64,000 nucleotides of DNA. It comes from Asterias rubens (taxonomy: Eukaryota). A program made the position numbers and the translations under genes. The stretch's first letter is position 1. Every line of letters begins with the position of its first letter. The stretch lies in contig NC_047077.1 in assembly GCF_902459465.1 (NCBI RefSeq), forward strand, positions 3,348,001 to 3,412,000, written 5' to 3'. Below, piece after piece: positions 1-13,200 of the stretch. The notes below the pieces were generated by a model. That model was not told the DNA's origin. It ran no database searches and saw only the letters and a list, made by a program, of their open reading frames with translations.

Positions 1-14
1 AGAGGCACCTTAGG

Positions 15-259
15 TATTCTCTTAATGTAAAAGAGCGAAAAGTTCACTCTCTTGTCCGAGTGGAGTCAGTTTCTCTCTTTGAGAGTGAAAGTCAATCTGT
101 GTCACTCTTTTTGAGGAAAAGTGGAATGAACTTCACTCTAAATCGAGTTGTGAGTACCCGTGTTTCACTCTTAAAAGAGTTGTCCGCCATATGGCTCTTT
201 GCAAGAGTGGTATGGCGGACAAAACGAGTGGTTTTTCACTCTTTTACATTAAGAGAGTA
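15..259. mobile_element. TA-flanked MITE (AAAGAGTG-rich family)
   Basis: About 27-bp TIR: TA-TTCTCTTAATGTAAAAGAG ... CTCTTTTACATTAAGAGAG-TA; second copy at 14032-14273. Confidence 0.75.
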
Positions 260-394
260 TGAATGGAAGCCATATCCTTCAACACTGAGTTTACAAAGAA
301 TGTGAGGCCGACTTTTATAACAGTAGGTGAAATCACTGTTGTAACATTTGGTCCGGAGCTCTCCCTGTCAGTTTGATTACTAGATTTGACATCC

Positions 395-665
395 TATAAA
401 CCAATTTTTATTCGATATGGAAAAAAAAGTTTGTGGTAACACCATGTAATGAATAGCTCTCAATGAGTTGGGTGGTTCTGAAAAGGACCGTTGGTTACAT
501 TTCAATGTTTCCATCAGTATGCTCTGATCGTCTTCTGGAGAAACGTCGAGTTGGAACCAACAGGTTTTTTCAGAACCACCCCACCTCATTGAGAGATATT
601 CATTACATGGTGTTACTGCAAACTTTTTCCATACCATATTCCCACCATGCAAAGTTTCGAATCTA
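395..665. mobile_element. Penelope-like element end in inverted (tail-to-tail) arrangement
   Basis: Two oppositely oriented copies of the ACCATGTAATGAA...TTCTGAAAA segment meet at a decayed hammerhead motif (500-550). Confidence 0.6.
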
Positions 666-988
666 CCAAGTTTTGTTCACCAAAATGAAACACATTTACC
701 AACAAACAAACTGAGAAAAGACGTATTACTTCATTCCTATCGACAATTCAAGGCCTCATGGGAGACCGACATGAGTATGCCCTGAAATCATTTGTATATC
801 GTGAGTAAAAAAGTGTCTAAACTCATTGAAATGATTGGACTGCTTGTCTCATTTTATAAGATTTAGAAAATAACTCCCCTGAAGGAAAATACAGATTATT
901 ATTTTTTGTAAGGAAGTCGCCAGACACACAAGGCCTGAAGGCCACTTCAAGGTGTGGGCTACAATCAACTGATCAGAGTGACACTTAC

Positions 989-1221
989 TTGTATTCCCGT
1001 CTCCTGCGCATAACAATTGGTTCTTGAGTCAAAGGTGGGGTGAGAGGTGGCAGCTCCACTTCTGGCTCTGGGGTAGGCGCCTTGGGCTCCTCAGGGATGG
1101 GTATAGCGGGTAAAGGTGGTACCTCTATATTGGGCGTGGGCTCAGGGGAAGGTGAAAATCGTGGGGGTGCCACTGGCTCGGGTAATTTCTTGATGACTGG
1201 CATGACAAAGGGTTTGGATTT
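989..1221 (-). CDS. Gene 1 exon 18 (KSKPFVMPVI...RRRREY), not terminal
   Basis: ctttctctctacag acceptor; AA|GTAAGT donor implies a further exon. Confidence 0.85.
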
Positions 1222-4200
1222 CTGTAGAGAGAAAGCAACAAGATTGAATTAGACATGACAGTTGCATTTGAGCAAATTATTGCTATCTCTGCCTGGGCCC
1301 TGAGCCCGATTTCATAGAGCTGCTTAAGCAAAAAAATCCTTGCTTAGTAAAATCAGGTTGCAGGAATTTTTTAGGCTAATTTTGCGGGAGTAAATTTCTA
1401 GGGGTGTCAGTATCCATCTGAGTTTTCCCGAGAAGAGGAACGTCTGTCAGATTTTTGAGAGAGCTATTGAGAAGCCTAGCCTGAGCTAGCCTTTTCTCAA
1501 GGCCTTCGTGCACATGGTCTCCCGTTTCCAGTCGCTTCACTGTTTCCGTCACGAAGGCCTTGACAAAAGGCTAAGCTTGAGCTTGTATCGATATGCAAGC
1601 AACTGGCTGGAGGTAAGACAAAGCAAACCCCTGAATATTACTTTTTTTTTCAAACTCCTAAAAAGGAATCCAAAACAGACAATCAACCAAATAAAGTCCT
1701 GTTGTTATTTCCAGAGTCTTACCTTTTTGGGTTTATCTGGAATCTTCTTAGCCTTAACAGCGATAGGTTTCTTGGGTTGGACTGGTTTAGGCATCTTAGC
1801 ATTTCGGTTTTTCTTGACAGGTTTTGTGACTGGAGCAGGAGGCGCTTCTGGTTCTGTGGAGGAATCATGATCACAAAACATTGTTTTTTATCTGTTTTGT
1901 TCATTTGTTCCTATGTCTACTGTTTTATAGTTAATACATGTATTATTGTAATACAGGTTCACCCCTTGAGCCCAGCCTTGTGCTATTTCTACTGTTTACC
2001 CGACCTTTGTTATGTTACATGGGTGTTTGTTTGGTTTGGGCTCCCCTGCAGTATCATAAAAGTGTATATTATTTGGAATATGTTTACATTATTGCATGCA
2101 TTACAATGTACTGTGGATGCAATAAACCAACCAATCAACCTTGAGGCTGATTAATTTACCTGCAGGGGGTGGTGGTGGCGGAGATGGTGCAGGAGTTGGT
2201 AGTTTTGGTGGTTCTGGCTCAGGCTCTGGTTCCACCAAAGCTTCAGGTTCTGGCTCTGGTTCTTTGGGTGGTTCTAATGTAGGAACTAAATGATGGAGAA
2301 TATTTGTACACTTTATTAGAACTTCATTTGAAGTCCACTATTGCAACTGAAACAGTGTTCAAAACAAACAAAACGGCTTGTAAAATTACATTTTCTGTGC
2401 AAAATTGACTTGCGTAAAAAATTGATAGTGAAGAAAATAAAAGTTACACACACAAACACTTTGTAAATAAGGAGTGCTGTTGAAGTGCAATATAAAAGAA
2501 ATTCAAAGATTTTTTGCTTAAAGGAATTAATTTAGCTACTGTGGAATGCAAGTACATGTATTAGTATTAAATGTGATTTGGATTTAAAGAAAGCATATAG
2601 CTTCTGGGGAAAGGAGGGTATGTGCACTGCAAATGCTTATAAAAAGAAATGTTGATCAATTATAAAACATACAAAGACTTAAGAGCTTAGAAAAGTGTAA
2701 AGTACAGGGATGATTAGTATCAAATACTGTGAAGTTTTGTGTCCCTATAGTGTCTGATGTTCTTTTTGTGATGGGGGGACATTGGTCGCTTCATCGGCTT
2801 CATAGGACAGGAAGAGTACAGGTTTATCACGCACAAACATGATTGCTAAAACACACACAAATCATTCCATCAGTCAAACAATATCAAGCCAAACAATTAA
2901 AATACTCTTTAAAGTGTACTTTGAAAGGAACTTTTTATCTCACTTTCTGTCTGAATGGATCAAACAAAACTTGCTTACTCAATGTGCGTTGTCTATACAA
3001 TCAAAAAAATGTTAATGGTCTGTTGTTTTAACCCTAGCAATGTCTTTCTCATTTTAGCCTTCGAGAAAGTCTCTGCTATAGGGTAAAACGTCAGGCCATT
3101 AATTTGTTGATTTTTGCATTTATACCATAGCTTCTTTTGGTTGGTGTGAGCAGTTTGCCACTGTAAGTTCTATTTTCTCATTCATAAAATCAAGTAAAAA
3201 CTGTCTCTCTAGAAATTGGATGTCTATGGCCAGTTTTTACACAGAATAAGTTGCAACTAGGCCTACTATGAGGTATATAAAAGCTTCAATGTAGTCACTG
3301 TTTTGAAAGTTTTGTTGTCAGACTTCATCACATATCAAACCAAACTTACACAGCATCAACATAGCTTAGACAGTGTCCACATAGAGTAAATTTGACTGTC
3401 TCTATTGCAGTGTTCAACTTTTAAAAGAGTGATGAATTTATCAAGTCAAACATCTCATGTTTTCCTTTCTATGGGATTACACCTTACCGGGTTCGTGTCT
3501 GAATGACACCTGAGGAATGTCCATATAGCCCTTGTCAATCTTGGCTGCTTCTGTTTGTTGCACACATTGTGTTATTGAGACAAGTAAGTAAGCAAGCAAG
3601 AAAACAGAGAAGAAGTTATTGCTAGCGTTAGAGATTAGCCTTGGTCCCAAAAGAAGATGAAGTAAAGTAATGCAAGCATAAGCGATTAGTGAATCATTGG
3701 AACGAAAATGAAAGTACAGTCACAAATGTTTCTAGACTGATTATATTGCATAGACATTATTGCTAGCATTAGGTATTAATTAGCATTGGTCCCAAAAGAA
3801 GTTAAAAGTAAAAAGTATTGCAAGCATTAGCGATTAGTGAACCATTGTAACAGAAATACAGTCACAAGTTTTTCTAAGTGATTATATAGCATAGCTTGTA
3901 AAATTAAAGTTTTGAGTTAGGAATAGCGTCTTGCATTAATATTTACATAATACAGAAAGTCACAATAGTTAAGTTATTGCTTTTAAAAATTAAGATTGGT
4001 GAATTCAGAATAGAATTAGAGCTGTTATTTAATACTGAGTTCACTTGTCTTAAAGAATGAAGTTTACACAACTCAAGTTATGTTAAGAAAGATTGTAATA
4101 GTTATAGCACTACCCTCAAGTACTTAAAATCCACCTTTGTGAAAAACTATGTCATTTTCCAACTAATTAATAGTGTCTGTGCACATGCTTATATGTCATT

Positions 4201-7200
4201 AGCATAATATTTCAAAGGAAGGGCTAACTATGATGGGCATTTGAAAACACATTGTCGAGGGTCTATTGGCTACACTGTGTCCAACCTCACCTGTGTCTTT
4301 CTTTGTCTTCTTCTTGATGGGTTTAAGGGGTTTCTTACGCTGTGGCTTGGGTCTCACAGGCTTTTTGTCTTTACTCTCAAAGACTGAAGGATGGCAGAAG
4401 AAAATGGAAGGACAGAGAAGGATGATGATGATTTAGGGAATGATTATAGAGAAGTAATAGGAAAAGCTTGCAACCAAAACAACTATAACATCGACTTTTT
4501 AAAACAACCATTTAACACACATAACTTTTTACAACTTTGATCAAACCTGTAACACTCTAATCAATTGTAAAAGGATGGCCAACTACCTATAGGCTATTGA
4601 GAATTTAATGAAGTAGCAGAAAAATGCACAAGAAAAATGTACTTGTATTAAAAAGTAATGTTTAAGAAGTAGTTAAGAAGTAGATTGTCATTTCAACCCA
4701 ATTTGGGTACCAGGCAGGAAAAGAAAATTTCACAAATTTAGAGCTGCATGGATAACTACCCTTGATAATCTTGGCATTCATTCATGAATTTCAACAGCAG
4801 CAGAAAAATACAAAGCATGAACTTGTATTTAATGCAAAAGACATGATAGAATTAAACAAATACATACAAATAAATAATAATACAATTATAAAATAAATCT
4901 TAGGACTAGTCCTAATTTAGGACACCTGGTCCTTTACAAAAACACCAAAACATACCACACACGAAAAGAATTCAAATTGTGACAAAAGTCAATTGCATGA
5001 CTCATTGCAAAGATGCTATTGCATGCCGGCACTCCTGTATAGCATTAATATGATGTAGAGATTTGTTCAGTAGCATTAAAACTTTTCTATTAAAAACCGG
5101 TAAAGTACCCTTTTGAAATCCCAGCAGGTGAAGTAAAAAACAGGTTTTATGTTTTTAAAAAGTTCTCCCACTCACTTGGTTCTGGTTCTGGCTCTTGGGG
5201 AGGTGGTGTTGGATCTTTCGGTGGCAGCGGTGGGATCTCAATAGCTGGGCTAGGTTCCCTAGGTGTGGGCGTAGGTTCCTTAGGTGTGGGCGTAGGTTCC
5301 TTAGGAGGGGGAGTGGGTTCTCTGGGTGGGGGTGTGGGTTCTTGTGGTGTAGGTGGTCTAGATTCTTCAGGTGGTGGAGGTGTAGGGTCTGGAGTGTGTT
5401 CTTTAGGAGTGGGTGGTTCAGGAATGGGGTCCTCTTTGAGAGGGGGTGGAGGGGTTATGGCTTTGGGGGGCTTTGGTTTATCTTCTGTGTAGGAAAGAAA
5501 GATGGAGGTGTATAAACTAATTGCCATTGTTAGTCATATGAATGGGTTAATTAATGTAAATGTAGTTTATGGGGTAGGGTACATCTGCAAATTCCACGAG
5601 TCAACTCAAACTTACAATCCCCGCAGCACAGTATTTTTCTCCCCTTGTCCCCAAAGTTTTGTTGAAAGTGAAAAAGAGGTCCATATCCTGTCCAAACTTT
5701 GAGTTTTACTTGGAGCTAACATGAATAATGTGTATTGGTTATCACAGCTACCAGTTGCCTTTTTGTATTTTCATCAGCTCTAATAATAATTTGTTCTATC
5801 CAGAGGCCTACTTGCTATAGTGATCATTAAAAAGAGGGGAAAAAGTATCTTTCAAAATATAGACCAGAAAAAATCACGAATGTTCCTCCACCAGTGAAAA
5901 GTGAAATACAGTTATTTAGAAGAGTGCATTTTTTGCAGAAGATCGCCAAATACAAAAGTGACCATTTAAAATTCAAACAAATTTCACAGTGATAACTATT
6001 TTCAAGTATACTTTCCCTCCACCACAAACAGAAACAATAACAAATCAAACATTTAAAAAAGTGACAGTGAGATGCTCCTGTTTTTTTTTTTTTTTTGACT
6101 TCCTGTAAAATCAAACAAATTTGCGAATTGGGGTTTTTGAAACATCATTCTTCAGAATGAATGGAGAAAATTAACCTATTATTCCACATCCTCAAATACT
6201 GAATATTTCCCTTCTGTCAAAGAAAAAACCCACACCAAAATTTAAAATAAAATGTAATTTGAAGGCAACAGTATTTAAAAAAACCCAATTACTTTGCCAT
6301 TTGCCAATTCTATTTTCGTGTTGTTATATAAGTAGTTGGTTTTACCAGTAGTTTGTGTAGCTTTGTACATTGAAGAAACTTGAATAAAATTCCCCCTCCA
6401 GGAAAAAAAATAAAAAAATAAAAAATTAACAGTGCATGGAACATGTGCAAATGCTTCACATCATAACTACTGCAGTATACTGAGTACAAGACCAGGGCAA
6501 CAGGGGCAATGAGTCTGTGTCTTTTAAGGCTGACTTTGAATGGTCTTCGGGTGATGTCGGAGGGGATTTGGAATTTTGCATTCAAGATTGTGAAAAAAAA
6601 TTGACAACATTTGCCAAACCAATCAGTGTTTGTGCAGATACGGTGCAAATGTATCACTTCAATGTCACATCTTGTCCTACCCTTCTCAATAGAAGCCATG
6701 TTGCTTCCAGCCGTATTTTTGTCATCATTGACAATTGAGTTTACCAGGATTGGATCCTTCTTGAGTTGTCTCTGAGTCTCTGAGTTATTTTCCTCATCAT
6801 TAACTTGAGATAATAAGAGTTAGATAATTAGGTTTGTGGTAGCACTATGTGTAAATCTCTCTTGGCGTGTCATGGCCGAGTGGTTAAGAGCACCGGATTC
6901 AAGCTCTGGTGTTTGATTAGCAGAGTGTGGGTTCGAATCCCGGTCGTGACACTTGCTACGTAAAATTGGGGAGGTAGTGCTATCTGGTCTGCTCTACCGG
7001 CCAGGCTTTGGATTGATGATACCCTAGCCTACAATGTACATCCGTATGGACTGTAAAAGGGGTAACCCTGTTTCAGCCCTAGGAGTAGGTGGCAACCGCC
7101 CATGGACAAACATTGCAGCCCACACCTTGAAGTGGCCTTCAGGCCTTGTGTGGCTGGCGACTTGCATAAATATAAAAATAAAAGTAGTGTTGGTTCTGAA

Positions 7201-10200
7201 CAGAACTGGTGGATGACAACTCAACTTTTCAATCAGTATGCTCTGATCGTCCTCAGGAGTTATAACATTGGGTAGAGTGTGTCTGGGGCATTCAACTTTG
7301 AACTTTGCATGGAGACAAGTTTGAAAAGTTAATTTTTCCAAAACCTTCACAACTCATGCTACCTCAAACACTCACAGAGTGCATGTTTTTACATAAACTT
7401 CTAAAAAAACCTTATGTATTGACACCATACAGCCCCATCTTAGAGGTAAACCAATGATTAACAACGGAAAAAGCACAGATTTGTACACGTGGTGCACAGG
7501 ACTGGCCACAACGTCTTTTTTCACTTCTAGTCGAGGGCGCCTTACTCGAATGATGTCATATGCATAAACTGCTAATCTGAGTTAATTATGCGTTAAGGTT
7601 ATTTGCTACTGATATTGTACTTTGAAGATGAATTGAAGAAAATGTGTCAGTGTAAGGCATTCAATCATAGTTGTTTTCATTACCTTTCTTTGGAGCTTCT
7701 TTAGGTTTCTTTTTCCTGAAAAAAAGTATAAAAAGTCAAATGAACAATTATTAGAGATCCAAACCAACTTTATTGGTTGAGCATGCAAAGTGTGGACCTG
7801 AGATTTAAAGAGGTCCATAAAAAATTAAGGCAGGGTTTTGAAACACTATGTGGACTTACACACACCCACACAGTGTTTTCACCAAAGTTGAAGAATAAGA
7901 TTTGAAGTTTCCTTAAAGACACTGGACACTATTGGTAATTGTCAAAGACCAGTCTTCTAACTTGGTGTATCTCAACATATGCATGAAATAAAAAACCAGT
8001 GAAAAAACACTCTTGTCACACGAGGTTGTTTGCTTTCAGATGCTTGATTTTGAGACTTCAAATTCTATATCTGAGGTCTCGAAATCATATTCATTGAAAA
8101 TTGCTTCTTTCTCGAAAACTACTTTACTTCAGAGGGAGCCGTTTCTCACAATGTTTTATACTATCAACAGCTCACCATAACTCAAAACCAAGTAAGGTTT
8201 TATGCTTATAACTATTTTGGGTAATTACCAATAGTGTCCAGTTCTTTAAGTGAACAGAGCAAAGTAATGTCCACAGAGTGACTGCAACACGGAGTGTGTG
8301 ACCACTGTGGATGATCATCTAAATTATCATAGCTGAGGTGAAAATACCTCTTTATACTCTCAATTGGACACCTTTTTGCCATTGGACTAAACAAAACAAA
8401 ACCTCAAATATAACGACATTCGGGCAACAAGTTTTACTCTGACAGTAAATTCAGAATAGAAAGTAAAATGGAACAACAAATTATGCTATTCAGATTTCTT
8501 TTCATTAGTTTTGTTTCAAGTATTTTATTTGACAAATGGTTAAAGAGTTATCATAACAATATTAGTGCAAAAGTGGGGGCCTTTGAGTACTGGAGATATG
8601 TGTTGAGTGATGAAGCTTAATTCAAAGAGAACGCAAAAATTAAAGCTGTAAAAATATGTTCCATTTAAACTGGTGTTAAGAATTCTTGTTGAGTATAAAA
8701 GACGTGCAATGATGACTGTGGGTTTGTGGCTGTGCATGTCAATGATTGGTGCTGTGTGGATCTTCCCTTAATATGTTTTCCTACACACAGTTCATGCAAA
8801 TGTCCCCATTGTTAAAAAGAAAATCCTACACAGTTTTTAACAGCTATTTAAATCATTTTCATTTTGGTAGGACACTGCTCTAGAATTGCAAAGGTCGTGG
8901 GTTTGAATCCCACACGAGTAATATGCCTGTGATTTTTTCACAGAACTCCGGTGAGTACTGAGTATACAGTGTAAATGGGTAAAACCAAAATGACAATTCT
9001 TTATCCCTGATGTAAATTTAACATCTATATTTAAATCATCACTGACGCCAGTGACTGACACACATGCAGACACTAGAAAGAAAATATCTAGTGCAGCAAA
9101 TCTTAAGTTGAATGTCACTCTCATACAAAGAACGCAATGTTTAATTATTGTAATAAATAAAGCAAAGCTCTATAAGCATTGAAACTTCATCGAATTGTAG
9201 ACCTTGTCAAATATGTTGTGTATACTGCAGACATGCAAAACCTAACATGCATAACTATCATGGTTCTACAAGACTATCTGTCCTAATGGAACCTTTCCAG
9301 ATTAGTTAGTTAATAAACATTGGATTCGTACTGCCTCTAGCTAACTCGGTGGTCTAGTTGGTTATGACACTGCTCTAGAATTACAAAGGTCGAGAGCTCG
9401 AATCCCACCCAAGTAATATGCCTGGGATTTTTTTTCAAAGCACTCGGGTAAGAACTGAGTATACAGTGCTAACATACATCGGTGTACATGGGTACAACCA
9501 TAACGAATATTGTTTATCCCTGATGCAAATGTAACAGCCTGTTAACCTCCATTGTGACATGAAAACCATCTTATCTTTGGTGCAATTGCTTCACAACACT
9601 CAAATGTGACGATTAGTTTGAACAAATCACAAACAATGCAGCCATTCTGTTTTCAAAGATGAAAATAGGTGAATTAAAGGTTGCCATGGTAACTCAACAT
9701 GCATGAGTGATTCACTGGTGCTTCGTGGATGTATGATTCACAAGCGTGGTGGATGACGGGATGCCGGGCAACTTACACCATCGGTGGCACGTCTGGTTTA
9801 ACCTTTTCATCTCTTTGAACGACGATTGGTTTTCTTTCTATCTTGCCTCGTTTCTCGATCACTTTTGGTGGTGGGGGAGGAGGTAATACCTCCTTCTTGA
9901 CTGGTTTGCGTGTTTCTCTGACGATTGGCTTGGTTCTCTCAATTACCTTAGGAGGGACCTCAATTGGTCTCGGAGGAGGTGTTACTGCCTTAGGGACAGG
10001 TGTTCTTGAGTTTGGAAAGAATTAGTAGAGTTATAAACTAGTTGAATATTAGTTGAATGAAAATGTATTGTGAGTTTTTTTATGAAATTTTACTTTGATA
10101 TTCACTTGTTTGGAAGAAGGTAGATCCACAGGGAAAGTAGATCTTGATGCCCCCCCCCAAAAAAAAAAGAAAACCCACGCCAAAACCCCCAAACAAACAA

Positions 10201-13200
10201 AAAAAGAAATAAACAAATACCCCAACACCCCCAACAAACAGAAAACATTAATTTGTGGGAAACACAAATTCTTTCAACTTGCTTGATGGAATAACCTGCC
10301 ATAATCCCATTTTAAATCAAAGCTAAATTGGATGCAATTTTAACAATAAACCATATCTTGAAGAGCTAATCATCAGAACAATTCTCTAGAAAATTAGGAG
10401 ATAGTGACTGGTACAATTAGATCATGTAGGATTAAAAGAAGAAGATGTACTTACTTTTTAGGAGGTGGTATTTTAGCTTTTACTGGTTCAGGAGGAGGTG
10501 GTGGTGGAGGTAGAGGTTCCTTCTCAACCTTCTTAATGGGTGGCTTCACAAACTTAGTCTTCTCTAGCTTCTTCTTTGGAAGTTCTTCGACAGGTTCTCT
10601 TAGAGATGCTATCGGCTCCACGATCTCTCTCTTCTTAGGTACTATTGGCACGGTTGGTTTCTTAGCAACTGGAGGTGGTGGAGGTAGAGGTGGTGTCTCA
10701 GGCCTGAGTCGCTCTTTTCTCTCAGGTGGCTTCCACTCTGTCGAGGGCGCTTTCTGAGCTGGTTTCCTCAGCTCAAACTTGTCGGGTTCATTCCAGGCAT
10801 TGTCGGGTCGTCTGCTCTCCATTGTCTTAGTAACAGCCTTGCTGGATTTCTTGACCTTAAAGCCCTCATTCTTGGGGATGTCCAGGCTGCGGTCCTTGTT
10901 GAATGGATCTTGAGCCTCAGTGGTCTTAGACTCTAACTTCTTGGGCTGGAAGGCTTTGGGAGCTAAGGAAATCAAAAAATGTCCAGGTTGATTAAACCAT
11001 TTGGTGTCAAGTTTTACAGATTTTGCAATGCCTGTCCATAGTTTGTGTCCCACTAACATGTTTTTTCAATACAAAATAATCTCAAAATAATCTCATAACC
11101 TCATATGACCAGACACTGACCTTTGTAAAGATGCTTCCTTCTCTCCCTCTGGTATTCCTCTCGCTTTAATCGTTCCTCTTCTAGTCTTTGTTTCTCCCTA
11201 GCCCTAGCTTCCATTCGTAATCGGGCCTCTTCCTCCAATCGGGCTTCCTCTTCTAACCTTGCTGCTTAGAGAAAACACAAATCAAAGGGAATAAATTCAT
11301 CAGAAAATGTTCAATGAGTTTGTAAATGTAGCCATCACATTCTAATGATGGAGTTTATAACACTATTTTGTTATGATTCAGCGATTACAAAGTACATAGT
11401 AATCAAAACCCCTTTTAGCAATTGGATACATCTGCATGATTGTCTCTGACAACTGCAATGAAGTTACCTCAGTTTTACTCCTAACAATGTACCAAGCTTT
11501 CATTCAATAATCTTGCCCATTTGATTACTAGTTGAACAAGAATCAAGAAAGTCGTGGTTCTGATTATAAATAAATTGTTGACTCTCAAGCTTAAACCTAC
11601 AAGATGTGACACAAAACCAGCACTCCACCATACAAGCCTCAAATGGTTTTCTCTGGTTGAATATTTTGTACCCACTTCCAATGGTGCAAGACACAAGAAC
11701 TATGTAGTCTTCAGTGAATGAGAACTATTGTATGATCTGTGACTGTGTGTTAACCTAACACCATTTATGACAAATAGAAAATCTCTATCCTGATCTCTTT
11801 CATAATACTAGGTGAAACTTAGCTAGATTGAAACTTTTCAGGACCTTTAAAACCTCTGGGCTTTTGAAATCTCTTTTGAATAACTCGTGTTATCCTCAAA
11901 CCAAACCATGGGTTACTGCTAAGCGCCATTATACTAGGGAACAAATCTGAACTGGATATTAGATGCTTAGCTAAATCTGTTTAAGAAGATTTCATCATGG
12001 CCTTGGTTGCTAAATGTAAATTCTATAAATATTCATAAAGCATATTCAGTACCACTGGAGGGCGCTGTGCAGTAAAGAGCAGCTTACATATTTTAAGTAT
12101 ATAAGTGAAATCCACACTGGAAGTTATTTAACAACCAATCAGGGCAGTCAGTTTGTTGGTGCAGTGGTGTCTTTCCTTGCCTTTCACCTCTAGGACCCGG
12201 GTTCGAATCACACCAGGGCACTTTGTGGTTTGGGTTTTCATTCCCTACTTGACTGCGTGGATTTTCTTTGGAATAATGCATGGAATAATTCTTTGGGGTT
12301 TTCTTCCCACATCTAAAACTCAACTTTCTTCATCATCTTCTCTTCTCGTTTGGCTCTAATTAGAGGTTTGAGAATAGATAAATCCAGATCCAGATCCAGA
12401 AATAATTGTTATCCACTCAAGGCAAATTGTACAAACCTTCGGACATGATGGAAGTCCCAATCCCTGAAGATGAACTTTCAGAGAAATCCTTGGGGTTGTA
12501 ATCTGGCAAGAGTTGGTGTAATACTGTGGAAGCAAAAAAAGATAAGAGTTAAGTCATCTACATATAACAACATTCACCTAAAATAGGATTCGTACTGCCT
12601 CTAGCTACCAGGCAATCTCGGTGGTCTAGTTGGTAAGACACTGCTCTAGAATTGCAAGGGTTGTGGGTTCAAATCCCAACCAATTAATATGCCTGTGATT
12701 TTTTCACAGTGTTATTTTTTATACAGTGCTATCACACATCGGTGTATACCATATGGGTAAAATCAAAATCAAAATTAGTATTCTATATCCGCGATGCAAA
12801 TTTCCATTTATTAAAACATTCACCTTGTGTTGCATTATGTTGCATTTTTCATTTAATTTGTTTGAAATTGACAAAATAGGGAGAGCGCCAATTCATTCAT
12901 TCAGTCGATGCGGAACATCGGATGATGGCCCTCCAAACACGTTGGTCCTCCATTGCTGTACGTAGCTCTTCCTGACGCAGTCCAGAGTCTCGGCACAAGG
13001 TGTTCACATTGGTGGTTTGTGGTCTGCGTCGTGAACAGTGACCTTGAGAGCTTAATAGCTCAGTTGGTAGAGAGCCTGTGTGCTAATCCACAGGTTGAAG
13101 GTTCAAGTCCTGCTCTAGAAATGTTTTCTTTGTTCAACCCCAAATTCTTTTTAAATTTACCCAGTCAGTTTTCTGTGTGGTTTATTACTATTAGACTTGT

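Noticed and set aside
748-781. Candidate terminal exon of gene 1 (K-AYSCRSPMRP*)
   Set aside because: The phase fits but the acceptor is weak, and another phase-compatible candidate starts near 364; this cannot be settled without transcripts.
5616-5715. Exon-like segment with gttag acceptor and GTAAGT donor
   Set aside because: Inclusion gives a premature stop with either upstream donor; it is cryptic or at best a poison exon.
1040-10757. Plus-strand Gly-rich ORFs (1040-1252, 1508-1870, 5195-5515, 5265-5492, 9843-10025, 10404-10757)
   Set aside because: Antisense shadows of the Pro-rich minus-strand exons; the splice signals are on the minus strand.
12325-12355. AKREEKMMKK mini-exon candidate
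   Set aside because: No phase-compatible donor, it lies in a SINE tail, and exons 7 and 8 join in frame without it.
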